From the human T2T-CHM13v2.0 reference genome, Homo sapiens: a DNA stretch of 64,000 nt. The notes beneath the pieces are model-generated. The model did no database searches and was not told where the DNA came from. It saw only the letters and a program-made list of their open reading frames with translations. The stretch lies in assembly GCF_009914755.1 (NCBI RefSeq), contig NC_060935.1. One strand, given 5' to 3'. Positions 1 to 21,922 of the stretch are shown here, one piece after another. Each line of letters begins with the position of its first letter. Position 1 is the stretch's first letter. The position numbers and the translations under genes are program-made.

Positions 1-119
1 CCATACTAAGTGTAAGAATTCAGTCACAAAAGACCATATATTGTATGATTTCATGTCCAGAATAGGCAATTCCAAACCACTAAAGTAGATTAGCAGTTGC
101 CAGAGTCTGGTTTGGGGTT

Positions 120-1083
<964 letters not shown>

Positions 1084-1364
1084 TCTTGAATTTATATTTT
1101 TAAAGAGTGAGTTTTATGGTATGTGTACTATATTTCAATTAAAAAATAATAACCCAAGGGCAGTAATAGAATCTCTGTTCTCAGATGTTCAAAGGTTAAA
1201 TGTCTTCCCTCAAGTCTGGTATATCAGGTGGGAAAACCAGGACCCCAACCCAGGGTTTCTAGGTCTATGTTAACTCTTCTACATTATTTTTGCTCTGATT
1301 TCAGGCTCCTTCAGCCCTTATGGCCTCTTACTAATAGCTGGTCTTTAACTGTTCTTTCTCACAG

Positions 1365-2285
1365 GCCTTTATCCAACTCTAATTCTTGGCCAAACAGGAG
1401 GGAGACAGCAAGAGCATGGCAAAAAAAAAACAGCACCGACCCCAGGCCCAAAGCAGTGGTGGCCAGGATAGTGGACAGTGCCCGATTTGTGCAGGTAAGA
1501 TGCTTGGGCACAGGGAGTTGTTGTATGACAACTAGGCATTCCTTGAGGGAGGAATAGGAGATCTGGGGGTACTGCCAAGAAACATTTGAATTTGGAGTGC
1601 TGGCTTCTGTCATCTCTGCAGCTCTCAGGTGTGGAACTGTATTTTTAGTCAAGTGTAATTCAAGACAAGTGTGTACTGAGCACAGTGTGCCAGCTAAGCT
1701 GAGGAAGGGACATGGGCCCTGCCCTCAGGAGAAGAATGAAACCAAGCAATGTAAAACACGATCGGAGAGGGCCTAGAATTTCCTTCGTAACTTTTTCCTA
1801 CGTGTCCAAATGCTGGTTCCTCTTTCAGTCTCTGTTCAAACGGTTCTACTTTGCCAAGTGTTCTCTTATCTGCCCAGATCATCTCCCGCAACTGAGCTTC
1901 TGCAGGATTATCTGATTCCCTTGGACTTAGCACTTCTCACTGTCTGCTGTGTATCAGTGTTATTTGTCTTCACAGCTTATACAGACTTCTTGGGGTGACA
2001 TCCTGCCTGGGAGCAGGCCGTTTTGTTTACCTCCTTCTCTCCCCCATAGGTTCCTTCAGGATTGAGATTCTTCCCCAGCATGCTGCCACTTGTGGAGAGA
2101 CCTCCCCACCTCACCCAGCTTCTCCCTCCTCATCATCATCTTCGTCCCAGTCTGTACTGTGGGTGTCCTCCCCAGAAAGTTCACCCCCTGTCTCCTGGGT
2201 TCCGTGCCCTATCTGCCAGTTGCGGTTCTCAGCAAGAGAAGTAGAAGAGCATGCCAGCATATGTGGGGACTTCCCTCAGGCGTGA
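1365..2285 (+). pseudogene. XNDC1CP: C-terminal relic of Xndc1 (XRCC1 N-terminal domain containing 1); exons 1365-1494 and 2050-2285(stop), two UBZ4/Rad18-type zinc fingers
   Basis: AG at 1363-64, GTAAGA at 1495, AG at 2048-49. Spliced translation gives GQCPICAG/SFRIEILPQHAATC and later CPICQLRFSAREVEEHASIC. It matches my recollection of the mouse Xndc1/long Trpc2 N-terminus (SLSNSSSQPNRR...QHRPQ...GQCPICAGFFSIETLPQHAATCGE). A frameshift lies at or near the A10 run 1421-1430. Confidence 0.75.
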
Positions 2286-3276
2286 GCCATGAGGTCCTGT
2301 GGTTTTGCCCCACCCTCTGTGACAGACTGGGACTGAATCGCTTGACAGCTGAGAAGAGCCGCTGAGGCCAAAGCTCCCTCTCTCCTCCTCTCCACTCATT
2401 CCCTCAGGACTCTGCCTGAGGGCACCTCTGTGCCTAGCCTGATCCCCATTCCCAGTTGTCAAGGCTTCTGTGACCATGGCACCTGATTCTCCTAAGGCCA
2501 GCTCTGTTCTTTTCCCCCTTGGAAGTCTCCTTGGAACTTTTGGGCCTTGGGACACCATCCAGAATGTCTTTCCCTCTGTGAGTGGTGCACATTCTCATGC
2601 CCATTTTCCTGAAAGGAAAACCGAGGCCCAGTGAAGAGCAAACGCTGCCTGACAGATAAAATCCTGTGGTGTGCTGGGAATGTGCGTGTGGATTTTGAGC
2701 ACGAGGCTGACATCCAGCAACCCATGAACCGAGCTCTCAGTCTCCTTTGTGGGCTCCTGTCCTGGGCATAATCAGGTAATGGTGATGTGTGTGACACTAA
2801 GCAAGTTATTTATTTTAGCATCCAGAATTAACTGAGAGAAAAAAATCTCCCATCCTCCCGCTCACAGAGCTATGATAGGGACCAGATGGGTTAATGACTA
2901 AGGAGTAGTTACTAGGCTTGACTGTGGAACCTTGGGCATATCCCATTCCTTATCTACACAAGGAGGTGATTGGACCAGAAGGTGTCAAAGATTCCCTCAA
3001 GCTGTGATATTCCAAATTCTGTTCCCACCTTCTTTGAGCAAATATGTCTTCTCTTCCCTTTCCCAGAAGATTTCACTGTGTGGCACTAACACCGGTTCCC
3101 CTGGTCCCCAGGGTACAGAGCAGAGGGGGAGCAGCTGGTCCTGCAAAGAGAGGGCCCAGGTCAGAGTTTTGAATAGATAGAAAAGAGGGTGCTAGGCACA
3201 GTCAGGGAGAAGACTGAGCAGGAGTTCAGTCCTTCGGTTCCTGTCAGCACAGGTGCCAGCATAGGTGGGCACAGCC

Positions 3277-3291
3277 ATGGACCCCATCACG
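3277..3291 (+). pseudogene. TRPC2: TRPC2 first coding exon (short beta-type start, MDPIT)
   Basis: gccATGG Kozak context, phase-0 GTAAGA donor at 3292; joins to PNWTEIV as in rodent MDPLSPNWTEIV. Confidence 0.8.
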
Positions 3292-4175
3292 GTAAGAAGC
3301 CTGCTCCCCTACCTTCTCCCATTCTGCTCCCATTTCTACCCATGAATAAAAGAAAAGATTGGCCCAGAGGCACTGCAGGGGCATCCTAGCTGCCAAGCAG
3401 ATGGCTGACATCACTATGTAGGTGGGAGAAGAGCCCTTGGAACCCTGAGCTTGGGCCCAGAAGAGAAGAGCAGTGAGGATGGGGCCGGGCCTGGTAGAAG
3501 AGAGGGATGAGGCAGTGCCAAGGGGGAGAAATGCCCCCCAAAGCAGGGGAGGGCAAAGCGGGAGGATTGGTGAAGAAAGAGTATGTTGGGATCCTGCTGG
3601 GGCCCTGGTCAGAGCGGAGGGGCTTGGCAAAAGCCCACACAAAACCCTCCTGTGTGGACATGTCCGGGCCTGCCTGTGGGAGAGGCTCTAGGACTTTAAG
3701 AGGGAAGAGCAGCTGGGAGATGAAGTCAACAAGAGGGGAGCTGGGTCGGAACAGATCCTGTGCACCCGTATGTGGGGTTAGGCTGCCAGGGCAGCCCACC
3801 CCTGCTTTAACCTACCCTTGCTCAAGGTACCCACAGGTAGCTCTGCTGTTGGGGGGCTCCTGTGAGGGTAGAAGTCAAGCTGAGGAAGGGGCCCCCGGTC
3901 AGACCCACCTGAGGAAGGGGCCCCCAGTCTCTACCCAGTGGGGGAAGAATAGAAAGCCCCCACTGTACAGTGTCAATTTTCCTAACCTGAGAATCTACAC
4001 AATAAAATGGTGAATGAGACAATATTTGCCAGTGTGTGTTTGGGACAAGGAAGAATATAATGGTGGCTGGATATAGAGGGTTAAGTGCTAGAACATGGAA
4101 GGGTGAAAGAGGCCCCAAAACAAAGGGAGTTGAAACTCAGGGTCCTAGCCTCTCCACTCCTTCGTCCGCCAACAG

Positions 4176-4892
4176 CCTAACTGGACTGAGATCGTGAACA
4201 GGAAGCTCAGCTTCCCACCTCCACTCCTGGATGCCATCCAGGAGGGCCGACTGGGCTTTGTGCAGCAGCTGCTGGAGTCAGAGGTTGAGGCCACAAGCGA
4301 GCAGTGGGCCAGGCTGGCCCCTGTGGAATGTGGAAGAGGCTGAGGACCGCTGCTGGAGGGAGGCACTCAACCTGGCCATCCGCCTGGGCCATGAGGCCCT
4401 CACCGATGTGCTGTTGGCCAGTGTCAAGTTTGACTTCCGCCAGATCCATGAGGCCCTGCTAGTGGCAGTGGACACAAACCAGCAGCAGTGGTGCGTCGCC
4501 TGCCGGCCCGGCTGGAACGGGAGAAGGGTCGCAAAGTAGACACCAGGTCTTTCTCACTGGCTTTCTTTGACTCATCAATTGATGGCTCCCGCTTTGCACC
4601 TGGTGTGACTCCCCTCCCCCAGGCCTGCCAGAAGGACCTGTATGAGATAGCACAGCTGCTCATGGAACAGGGCCACACCATTGCCCGGCCCCACCCGGTC
4701 TCCTGTGCCTGCCTCGAGTGCAGCAACGCCCGCCGCTATGACCTGCTGAAACTCTCTCTGTCCCGCATCAACACCTACCTTGGCATCGCCAGCAGGGCCC
4801 ACCTCTCACTGGCCAGTGAGGATGCCATGCTGGCTGCCTTCCAGCTTAGCCGTGAGCTCAGGCGCCTTGCACGCAAGGAGCCTGAATTTAAG
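4176..4892 (+). pseudogene. TRPC2: TRPC2 exon 2 (ankyrin repeats and TRP_2 region), two frameshifts
   Basis: PNWTEIVNRKL...QQLLES / WREALNLAIRLGHE...DTNQ / VVRRL...KEPEFK; AG 4174-75, GT 4893. Confidence 0.95.
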
Positions 4893-6124
4893 GTTGGTTT
4901 CTCATACTTCTCTCTTCCCCTGGTGCCCCATGTCTGTTCTTCCACCGGAGCATGGTTGGGCCTGTGGTCAGTGTTCTGGAAAGCTTGGAAGCCACAGAAA
5001 GAGGACAAGGCCTGGTCTCTGTTCTCAGGAAACCTCTAGTTTGATGGGGAGTCACAGAATCCCCCCTGAGGGGATTTCATTCTAATGGCAGAGAACAGCC
5101 ACTCCAGAGGGGCCTAGTCTTATGCGGGAGGCACAACCCCCACTCCAGGGGAGCCCTGAGTGTCTCTGAGGGAGGAGAGAGAACAGAAACAACTAGAAAA
5201 ACAGCTGGACAGACTTAGAGATGACGTTCAGTAGAATACATTACGTCTGAATACCTATTAGGTGTTCCCACCCGGAGCATTGTGTGTTGCGGCTCTCAAG
5301 CGTATGATCAGAGCAGAGAGAAGGCAGAAAGAGGGGACAAGGTGCTTCCAGGACGCTTGTCTTCATTCGGTGCCGCTGTGAATGGTGCTAACAGGGCTTC
5401 CAAAGCCCAGAAAACAGGTCAGGAAAGCCATAGCTGTTGTGTTCAGGGAGGACTCCTTGGAAGACGTAGCATTAAGCTGAGCTACAGAAGTGGGTGGTTT
5501 CATACAAGTGAAGAGGAGCAGGGAGGGTATTTGAGGTAGGACTGCAGTCCACGCAAAGGCTCTCAGGAAGTATACATGGTGATGAGTGAAGGGGAGACAC
5601 TGCGCAGGAAGGACTGAGAATGCACGAAGCAGAACCTGGAGGCAGGTACTAGTGAGGGTCCTGGAATGCCGCCAGTCCAGTTTGTCCATCCCTCATCCCC
5701 TGACGGCTCCTGTGTGTCAAGCTAGACTCGATCCCCATCCCCAAGATGACCATTAGGTGGGGAAACCAACATGGATGTTAAAATGGAGGGCTAAGGAAGT
5801 TGTGACTGATGGTGGTGGAAGGATAGGAGAATGAAAAGCCCCCACTGCACAGCTAGCAGGAAAGGGCAGTCCTTTCCAAAGGACTTTCCCTCCGTTCTCA
5901 CAGCAGCCTAAGAGACAGGCATAGCAGGAAGTATCATCCCCACTTTACAGCAGAGAAGCTGAGGCCTGGGAAGGGGAAGTACCTTGCCCAATGTGATACC
6001 ACCTGAGGACAGTGCTGGGACTCAGACCTCACCTCCTGAAAGCTGTCCCTGGATGCTCTCTAGGGTGAGGGCCTCAAGTAAAACCCAGGATAGGATGGAT
6101 AAATTGGAGCCAAGGACCGCCTTA

Positions 6125-7458
<1,334 letters not shown>

Positions 7459-7654
7459 AGAAGGATGGGTGAGGTGGCAAAGGAAAAAGAAATCAATGCC
7501 CTAGTGACACCAGACATAGGAACTGATGGTGCAGGGGCAGGACAGAGGTGGCCCAGGCCCACTACTGGTGGGCGTGTGGGTAGGAAGGAGTGGGCTGATT
7601 TAATGGGGTTGGATCCACAGGGTGGTAGGCATACACAGACCTGCTTCTCTACAG

Positions 7655-7867
7655 CCTGAGTACATTGCTCTGGAGTCACTGAGCCAGGACTATGGCTTTC
7701 AGCTGCTGGGCATGTGCTGGAACCAGAGTGAGGTCACTGCAGTGCTCAACGACCTGGCCGAGGACAGCGAGACTGAGCCCGAGGCTGAAGGCCTGGGCCT
7801 GGCCTTTGAGGAAGGCATCCCCAGCCTGGTGAGGCCGCGACTGGCTGTCAACTACAACCAGAAACGG
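7655..7867 (+). pseudogene. TRPC2: TRPC2 exon 3
   Basis: [21 protein letters not shown]...LAVNYNQKR, 71 codons, AG/GT flanked. Confidence 0.95.
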
Positions 7868-8808
7868 GTCAGCTGGGCCCCACCTATATCCCCTCCCTGT
7901 CCTTTTCTCTTGCCCTGCCACCTCTAGGTCTCCCTGACCACCCCTAAGCAACTCCTTTTCCTGCCCTCGAGACCCTCTCAGGCCTTGGTCCTGAGCACCC
8001 TTCTGTCTAAGCCCTTGACCCTGTGGGTCCCCTCCCTTCTTACATTCAATCTAAGCCCCTAACCTCTCCCCAGCCCTTGGAAGACCCATTACCCACCAAG
8101 ACCTCACCTTCAGACCAGGACATCTGGTCTTAGACAGCTTTGTCTCTGACCTGCTGAGTTACTTCAATCCAGTCTTTCTGTTGTTCAGTTTCAGTACATC
8201 ACTCTATAAAGCAAGATAAGACTAGATCTCTCAGGCCTTAAATATCCCCCAAAAGGTTCTATTATTCCCTGTCTCCTCAGACATCCTCCCCTCTAAGCTA
8301 AAGACAGGCTCCTTGTTTAGCCTCCCCCAGCTCCTTGCTCCTCACTCTCATCCACCCTCAACATCCACCAGGAACTTAACCAAAAACCTTCCTTCATAAT
8401 GGCTCCCCTGGCCCTGTCTCCCAGTACAGCAAACCCCAGCTTCCCTCTTCTGCCCTCCTCAAGATCATCCAGGCTGATGTCCCACACCTCTAAGAAGGCA
8501 GGGGACCCTGGGGGTTCTGGGTCTTGGGTCCCCAGTTCTACCCACCACTGATTAACTTAGACTCAAGAATGTAGGGTCCAGAGAGTTCAGGAAAATCTTT
8601 GAGTTCAGTTTCCCCTCCATAGACCGAGGCCTAGAGAGAGATGGGTCTGACCACGGTCATCTGACAAGCGAGTTGGCTGGTGTGGGGAGAAAAGAAGGAT
8701 TGTTCGACCTCTGTGGCAGGGAAGGAAGGGCTGTGTACCCAACTGGCTCCCCCATCCTCATCCTTGCCTGGTGGCCTCCCACTCTGCTTATGCCCCATCT
8801 CTGCTTAG

Positions 8809-8973
8809 TTCGTAGCACACCTCATCTGCCAGCAAGTCCTGTCCTCCATCTAGTGTGGGAACCTGGCTGGTTGGCGGGGAAGCACCACCAGCTGGAAGCT
8901 CTTTGCTACCTTCCTCATCTTCCTCACCATGCCCTTCCTCTGCCTTGGCTACTGGCTGACACCAAAGTCCCAG
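8809..8973 (+). pseudogene. TRPC2: TRPC2 exon 4 with nonsense codon
   Basis: FVAHLICQQVLSSI*CGNLAGWRG...PKSQ; TAG at 8851-8853 replaces a conserved Trp. Confidence 0.95.
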
Positions 8974-10109
8974 GTACTAAGAATAAGATTAATGATAACT
9001 GTCACTTATTGAGCACTTGTTTTATGAGGCCCTGGGCTAGACACTTGGTGAATATAACTTTGTGTGAATGTTTCCATTAAGTAGCTGCAAGTGTAGCCCT
9101 GAGGAAGGCATTCTGCTTCAGTGGTACAGGGGAGCAACCTGAGGCACAGGGAAGGGCAATGCTCTTTTTGTCAAAAGTACACAGGAAATAGTGGAGTGAG
9201 GATTTAAACCGAAGTCTCTCTGCCTCCAAAACCTTAATCCTACTAACAGCCCTATACTCGCCTAAAGAGAGGCCCACCCCAGCTACAAATTCTATGGGAG
9301 CCCTTCATCCAACCAATATGTCCTTGAGACCCAACTGTGAGCCAAGCATGGTGCCTGGCACTGGGGTTATCATGAAGAAAAGCCCTGTTCCTGCTGAGCA
9401 GGTGAGGAATGGGGAGAGGGGTCTTCCAGGAAGCAGGAGCATACGTGTGAAGGCCTGGGGGAGGGAGAACCCAAAGTGTTAGAGAAACTGAAAGGAATTA
9501 GATGAAGAGTGGTGGAGAAGCATGCAGGGGCCAGATCTCACACAGCCCTTATAAGCCACGCAGGATGGGAGCCATTGTAGGATTAATGAGGCGAGTCCCG
9601 CATCAGTCTTGTGTTTCAGAAAGTGCCCTCTACTAGGGGTGTGAAAGGTGGGCTGGGGGTGCAGGGCAGGAGTTAGGGAGACTGGGTGTGAGGGGACAAG
9701 CACGTAGAGATGTTTCATATTCCCGGCCTGGGTGACAAGGTCATTTTATGAGGTGGGGACACAGAAGATGGAAGAGCAAGATAGGATAGAAGATGATGAA
9801 TTTATTTTTTAACGTGGTTGAGTTTGAAGAGCCTGTCGGGCCTCCGAGGCAAAGTTACTTTACATCTGTGATCCTCAGTTCTTGAAAAAAAAAAAGGGAA
9901 TAATAATGTCTACCTCATATGGTTTGGAAGGAGACAACAGATAGGAGTCTACGGCCTGATATGTAGCACATTCTCAATATATGTCTGAATAGTGCGTGAC
10001 TGAATCTGAGAAAGGGGAGTCACATGTGGGTGGAGCAGTCTAGGAAGGGCTCACAGGAGGGAGAGACACCCAGGACTGAGAGCCCTACTCTCCCTCCTTC
10101 CCCTGGAAG

Positions 10110-10284
10110 CTGGGCCACCTGCTAAAGATCCCAGTACTGAAGTTCCTGCTGCACTCTGCCTCCTATCTGTGGTTCCTCATCTTCCTGCTGGGAGAGTCCC
10201 TTGTCATGGAGACACAGCTGAGCACCTTCCGTGGCCGCAGCCAGAGTGTCTGGGAGACTTCACTACACATGATTTGTGTCACAG
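10110..10284 (+). pseudogene. TRPC2: TRPC2 exon 5 (S1)
   Basis: LGHLLKIPVLKFLLHSASYLWFLIFLLGESL...HMICVT; AG/GT flanked. Confidence 0.95.
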
Positions 10285-10804
10285 GTATACATGTAGGACC
10301 CTTTATTTGTGGCAGTGTCCCTTAGGGGCCCTCCTTCCTGTCCTTCACAATAAGCACCCCAACAGGGGGATCCTGCTTTGTAGATGACCCTGAACATATA
10401 ACCAGACCCCTCTGGGCTGTAGCACACTACAGGGCCCTTTCCCTTCACCCCTAGTCAGGGACCTAGCCCTGTGGTAGACTCCCTGAGCAAGGACCCCTTC
10501 TTCCCCCTCCCTGGCATCAGTCACTACCCACCCTGGAGGTTTCTGTTCTCTCACAAATAAGACCCTGGTCCACAGTGCGAGGTGGGAAACTACCTTGGTG
10601 TCATGGCAGCCCCCAAGTACTGCAAGACAGACTCTCCTGGAGGTCATGGAGCAGAAAGGCTCACAGACCAAATGAAAGGACTCAAATCATACAGAGAGTT
10701 AAATCCGTAAGTGGTGTAATTATGATGGTGTTGTAATAAGGATCAGAGTTGAGGTTTGAGTGGCTGGGGTTAGGGGGGTGGTGCAATGGACAGAAGGTGC
10801 CTGG

Positions 10805-11368
<564 letters not shown>

Positions 11369-12541
11369 TCAGGCAGAGGACATGTCGAAACAGAATGGCT
11401 GGTGCCAGTGGGTAGCTGATTTAAGATCTCATGAATACTGAGGGCCTCGTATGCTTCATGCATATTCAGTATATCATGAATATTTATAGTCTGTCCATCT
11501 CTTTCTATGTATGTTCACCCACACATGCTCTACTAACTTTACTTGTTCAAAGTGTCACTAAAGTAACTAGCCTATACTTAACACATAAGTTTCATCCATT
11601 CCATTGGTTTTCTTTTCTTCTATAGCAGAATTGAGTATTCTCAAACAATTTAGCAAATGCAATTTACAAGAATCCCCAGAGCTTCAGCAGCCTCTGGCCT
11701 GTCAGCTCAGCAGGCCGAATTGGTGGCGCCTTCCTCGGCTGTCCTCCTCTCATTTGGTTCTGGCTTGGTTAGTAAACTCTAGAGCCACCAGTATACCAAG
11801 TCCACTGCTCCACCCTGTACCAGGCCAGTCAGTGATGTCAGAAAGGAAATCTGGTGCAGAAACTTTAGGGAAAGAAAATAAGAGCAGCCCAAGAGGGAAA
11901 GTTTCTCATCCTATTGTTTACTAAACATGGATTGACCTGTGCTGAGTGGAGAGGAAACCAATACAATTCCTACCCGTGGGAGAAGAAAGGTCTTAGAAAC
12001 ATATGAAACAAAACCCATTTATTCATGTAATAAATGTTTCTTGATGCCCTATCATAAGTGAAGCCCTAAGGGTACATGGAGAAGTTTAACATGGCCCCAT
12101 CCATCCAACACACATTCACTGAGCGTGCACCCTACCCTCACAGGGCATTCCTGCTCTACAGGACTGATTTAGGTTCCCGACCACATGATATTCACATTTG
12201 TCTAGGCCTTTGCTCATTCACATTTCCTGGAGCACTTGCCTCTTCCTGCACTGCCCCTTCACCTGGCTGGCTCCCACTCCTCCTTCAGGTCTCAGCTTAA
12301 ATGCCACTTTTGGAGAAGTTTTCCCTGGCCCCTAAATCAGGGTGAGGGTCCATCCCTAAACACCCATAACAGTCCCTCTGTCCCCCTGCTCCTTAGTCCT
12401 AGCATTTACCACATTGTGTGAGACCCGCTTGGGTTACCCACTATGCTCCTCACAGACTGTAAGCCCTGGGAGGGCAGGGACTGTCTTATTCACCACAGGT
12501 TCCCACTGGCACATGGTAGGAGCTTACTAAATGTTTGTTTA

Positions 12542-13060
<519 letters not shown>

Positions 13061-13847
13061 CTACTTGGAGAAGATAACATGCGACCTGGGCCACAAAGGT
13101 GAGCTGGGCTTCCAGAAGATGTGGAAGGACATTCTAGGCACAGGGAACAAACCATGAGTGGAAAAGCATGTGATTGTATCCAGGGAATGAGAAGGGTGCA
13201 ATGTGGCAGGGCCACCTAGCTTATGGGGTCCAGCTCCCAAGACCCCCAGCCCCAGGTCTGGTACTGGGCCTCACTGGAACACAGGCACCCTGAGCAGCCT
13301 GAGAATTTGGAACCCCTTCAAGTCGATACTCTGTATTTTTTAATTTTTAAAAATAATTTAATAGAGATGGGGTTTCACCATGTTGCCCAGGCTGGTCTCA
13401 AACTCCTGGGCTCAAGCAATCCTCCTGCCTTGGCCTCCCAAAGTGTTGGGATTACAGGCGTGAGCCACCGCACCCAGGCTCAAATCAATATTCTTCAGTT
13501 ATTTGTCCAGTATTTACTTGATGGAGGGCACGGAGAAACAAATTTCAGTCATTCCCTCCTAATAGACAGCCTGTCCCAGGTGATACTCACATTCGGAGTA
13601 TCCGCTGACTGGGATCATTGGTTCAGGTCACACCAGCAGTGTCTGCATCAGCAAGGCGTCTTTTTTATGTTCACATAAGATCACCTGTTCCTGAGTAGAT
13701 TACATGTTTACATGTCATTGACTTCACCCCATAATGTTTTAGCACCTCACTGCCATTCATAGGTTACCCCTGCCTCGTAATCTAGCTCTGACATAGAAGG
13801 AGAAGTTCGGTCCCATTCTGTCCTGGCTCCCTGCCACCCCGCTTCAG

Positions 13848-14302
13848 GCTTCCTGTGGTTTGAGTGCAAGGAAGTGTGGATTGAGGGCCTGCGCAGTTAC
13901 CTCCTGGACTGGTGGAACTTCCTGGATATGGTCGTCCTGTCCCTGTACCTGGCAGCCTTCGCACTGCGCCTCCTCCTGGCTGGGCTTGCCCCCATGCACT
14001 GCCGGGACGCCTCCCAAGCGGCTGCCTGCCACTATTTCACCATGGCTGGTGAGTGTCCCTTCAATTCAGCCCTGAATCCCCCAGTTCTTCTTTCTTGGCT
14101 CTTGGCTCCCAGCCACAGCCCCCATTCCACCCCGTGCAGAATGAAGCGAGTGGCACACCGAGGATCCCCAGTTCTTGGCTGAGGTGCTCTTCACTGCCAC
14201 CAGCATGCTCAGCTTCACCCGCCTGGCCTACATTCTGCCGGCCCACGAGTCGCTGGGCACTCTGCAGATTTCCATTGGCAAGATGATTGAAGACATGATC
14301 CG
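13848..14302 (+). pseudogene. TRPC2: TRPC2 exons 6 (13848-14048) and 7 (14140-14302) (S2-S4)
   Basis: GFLWFECKEVWIEGLRSYLLDWWNFLD...; then E*SEWHTEDPQFLAEVLF...LGTLQISIGKMIEDMIR with TGA at 14142-14144. Confidence 0.95.
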
Positions 14303-15119
14303 GTGCGTACCGGCCCTGCTCTGAGCTCGCTCCTCTCTGTAGACTCCACTTGACTTCCTTCCAAAACTCCCCAGCTCTTGGGTAACACAGGAATCCTTGA
14401 CCTGTGTTCCTACAGAGACGTGCGCTCCAAAGACCTCTGACCCCCTGAAACTACAGGCAAAATTTGGAGGGTAAGTGTATATGTTTCTGCAGAGAGGGTC
14501 TACAACTTACATCTAATTCTCAAAGAGGCCATGACCCCAGAAAAGATTAGGAACCATAGATAGCAGAAAAAGCCCTTGGTTGGGAGTTCCAGTCCCAGTT
14601 CTGTCAGTCTCCATGACCCCTCTGTGGGCCTCAGTTTTCCCATCATTAAGGAAAAAGCAGTGGACTCAGGGGTCCCTTTGGATCCCTTCCACTCAGCTCT
14701 TTGAGCCCCTGACCTTAACTGGCCTTCTTGGTGCTCATCACCTAATCATGTCCAGCAAATCCTGGCCTCTCACCTAATCAGGCCCCATAGTTAATGCCTG
14801 CCTCCCTGGGAATCCTCAGCCTGAGGTAGGACTACAGTGAGTGTCCTTGGTGGGAAAAACCTTAGCTGCATCTATTAATATTAACAACTTTAGCTCAGCT
14901 TAGCTGGAGGGAGAACCTCCCACCCCACCCCAGGAATTTTCTGGCCTCCCCATGGCAGGCCAGCTCATCCTCACATGTGACTCTGACTCTTCTGGTGATA
15001 ACTCCTGTTCAGTGGGATTCTGACTCCCAGCTATCCCTGTGTCATTCCTTTAGAATCTCAGCATCTCATTCCCTCTCTGGGAGACCGCTCTGTCCTCAGC
15101 TTTGACTGCTTGGACTTAG

Positions 15120-16142
<1,023 letters not shown>

Positions 16143-16190
16143 TCAAGGTGGAGACCTGCTCTGACCCTCCCACATCCCACCCCCTGCCAG

Positions 16191-16283
16191 GTTTATGTTC
16201 ATCCTCATGATCATCCTGACCGCCTTCCTCTGTGGCCTCAACAACATCTATGTGCCCTACCAGAAGACAGAGTGGCTGGGCAA
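16191..16283 (+). pseudogene. TRPC2: TRPC2 exon 8 (S5)
   Basis: FMFILMIILTAFLCGLNNIYVPYQKTEWLG; AG/GT flanked. Confidence 0.95.
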
Positions 16284-16728
16284 GTATGCAGGGGCAGAGG
16301 CAGGATGGGAGGTAGAGAGCCTGGGACCTTACAGCTTGGAGCCCTAGTGATCTCTCCTTTTCCCTCCCTCCCTCATTTATTCACTCAACTAATTCTCTTG
16401 TTTGCTCACTCCTTCTTTGATTCACTCTGTCACTCATTCATTTGTTCATTTATACATTCATTCGTTTACCCATTTTCTCCTCAAACTTGTTATTTTGAAA
16501 AATGTCAATCCTATGAAAAGTACAGTGGACACCCCTATATCCTTCATCCAGCTTCACCAATCGTTAATGTTTTACCACACTTGCTTCATCTGTTTCTCCC
16601 TTTATTCTATTTTTTTCCTGAAACATTTAAAAGGAAGTTGTAAATATAATGACACTTCATCCCTAAACAGTTCAGGATGTCTTTTAAGAACATAACCACA
16701 AAAGTATTATCACACTCAAAAAATTTAA

Positions 16729-21390
<4,662 letters not shown>

Positions 21391-21729
21391 AAATTTAAAT
21401 TGTTGGTATAAGTAGTATCCATTTCACCCCGCCCCCCGCACCCCAGAACATAAGGCCATGAAGACAGGAACGTGCTTGTCTTGTCCACTGATGTATCCTT
21501 AGCACCTGTGACACGACTGTGCGCTCAGTAAATACCGGTTGACTGAAAGAATAAGATCCGGAGCTCAGAAACAGCACAAGTGTCTGCACTGGCCAAGGTG
21601 GTCCAAAGGGCTGCATGGAAGTGGGCACTCTTGGCCAGGTCCTGGGGGGTGGGAAAGAGTGTGTCTGGGTGAGCTCAGGCTTTTCTCCCACCCCTCATTT
21701 CCTGTTCCTTACTTGGCCTGGCATGCCAG

Positions 21730-21922
21730 TTTCAATGAGACGTTTCAGTTTCTGTTCTGGACCATGTTCGGTATGGAAGAGCACAGCGTGGTGGACGTGC
21801 CTCAGTTTCTGGTGCCCGAGTTTGCAGGCCGGGCCCTCTATGGCATCTTTACCATCATCATGGTCATTGTGCTGCTCAACATGCTCATTGCTATGATCAC
21901 CAACTCCTTCCAGAAGATTGAG
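21730..21922 (+). pseudogene. TRPC2: TRPC2 exon 9 (pore helix and S6)
   Basis: FNETFQFLFWTMFGMEE...VIVLLNMLIAMITNSFQKIE. Confidence 0.97.

Noticed and set aside
3096-3114. O/E (EBF)-like site TCCCCAGGGT upstream of the TRPC2 ATG as a vomeronasal promoter relic
   Set aside because: Imperfect short match that is expected by chance; needs cross-species conservation
4290-4490. Compensating frameshifts restoring TRPC2 exon 2
   Set aside because: The shifted frame meets TGA at 4341-4343 before the second frameshift
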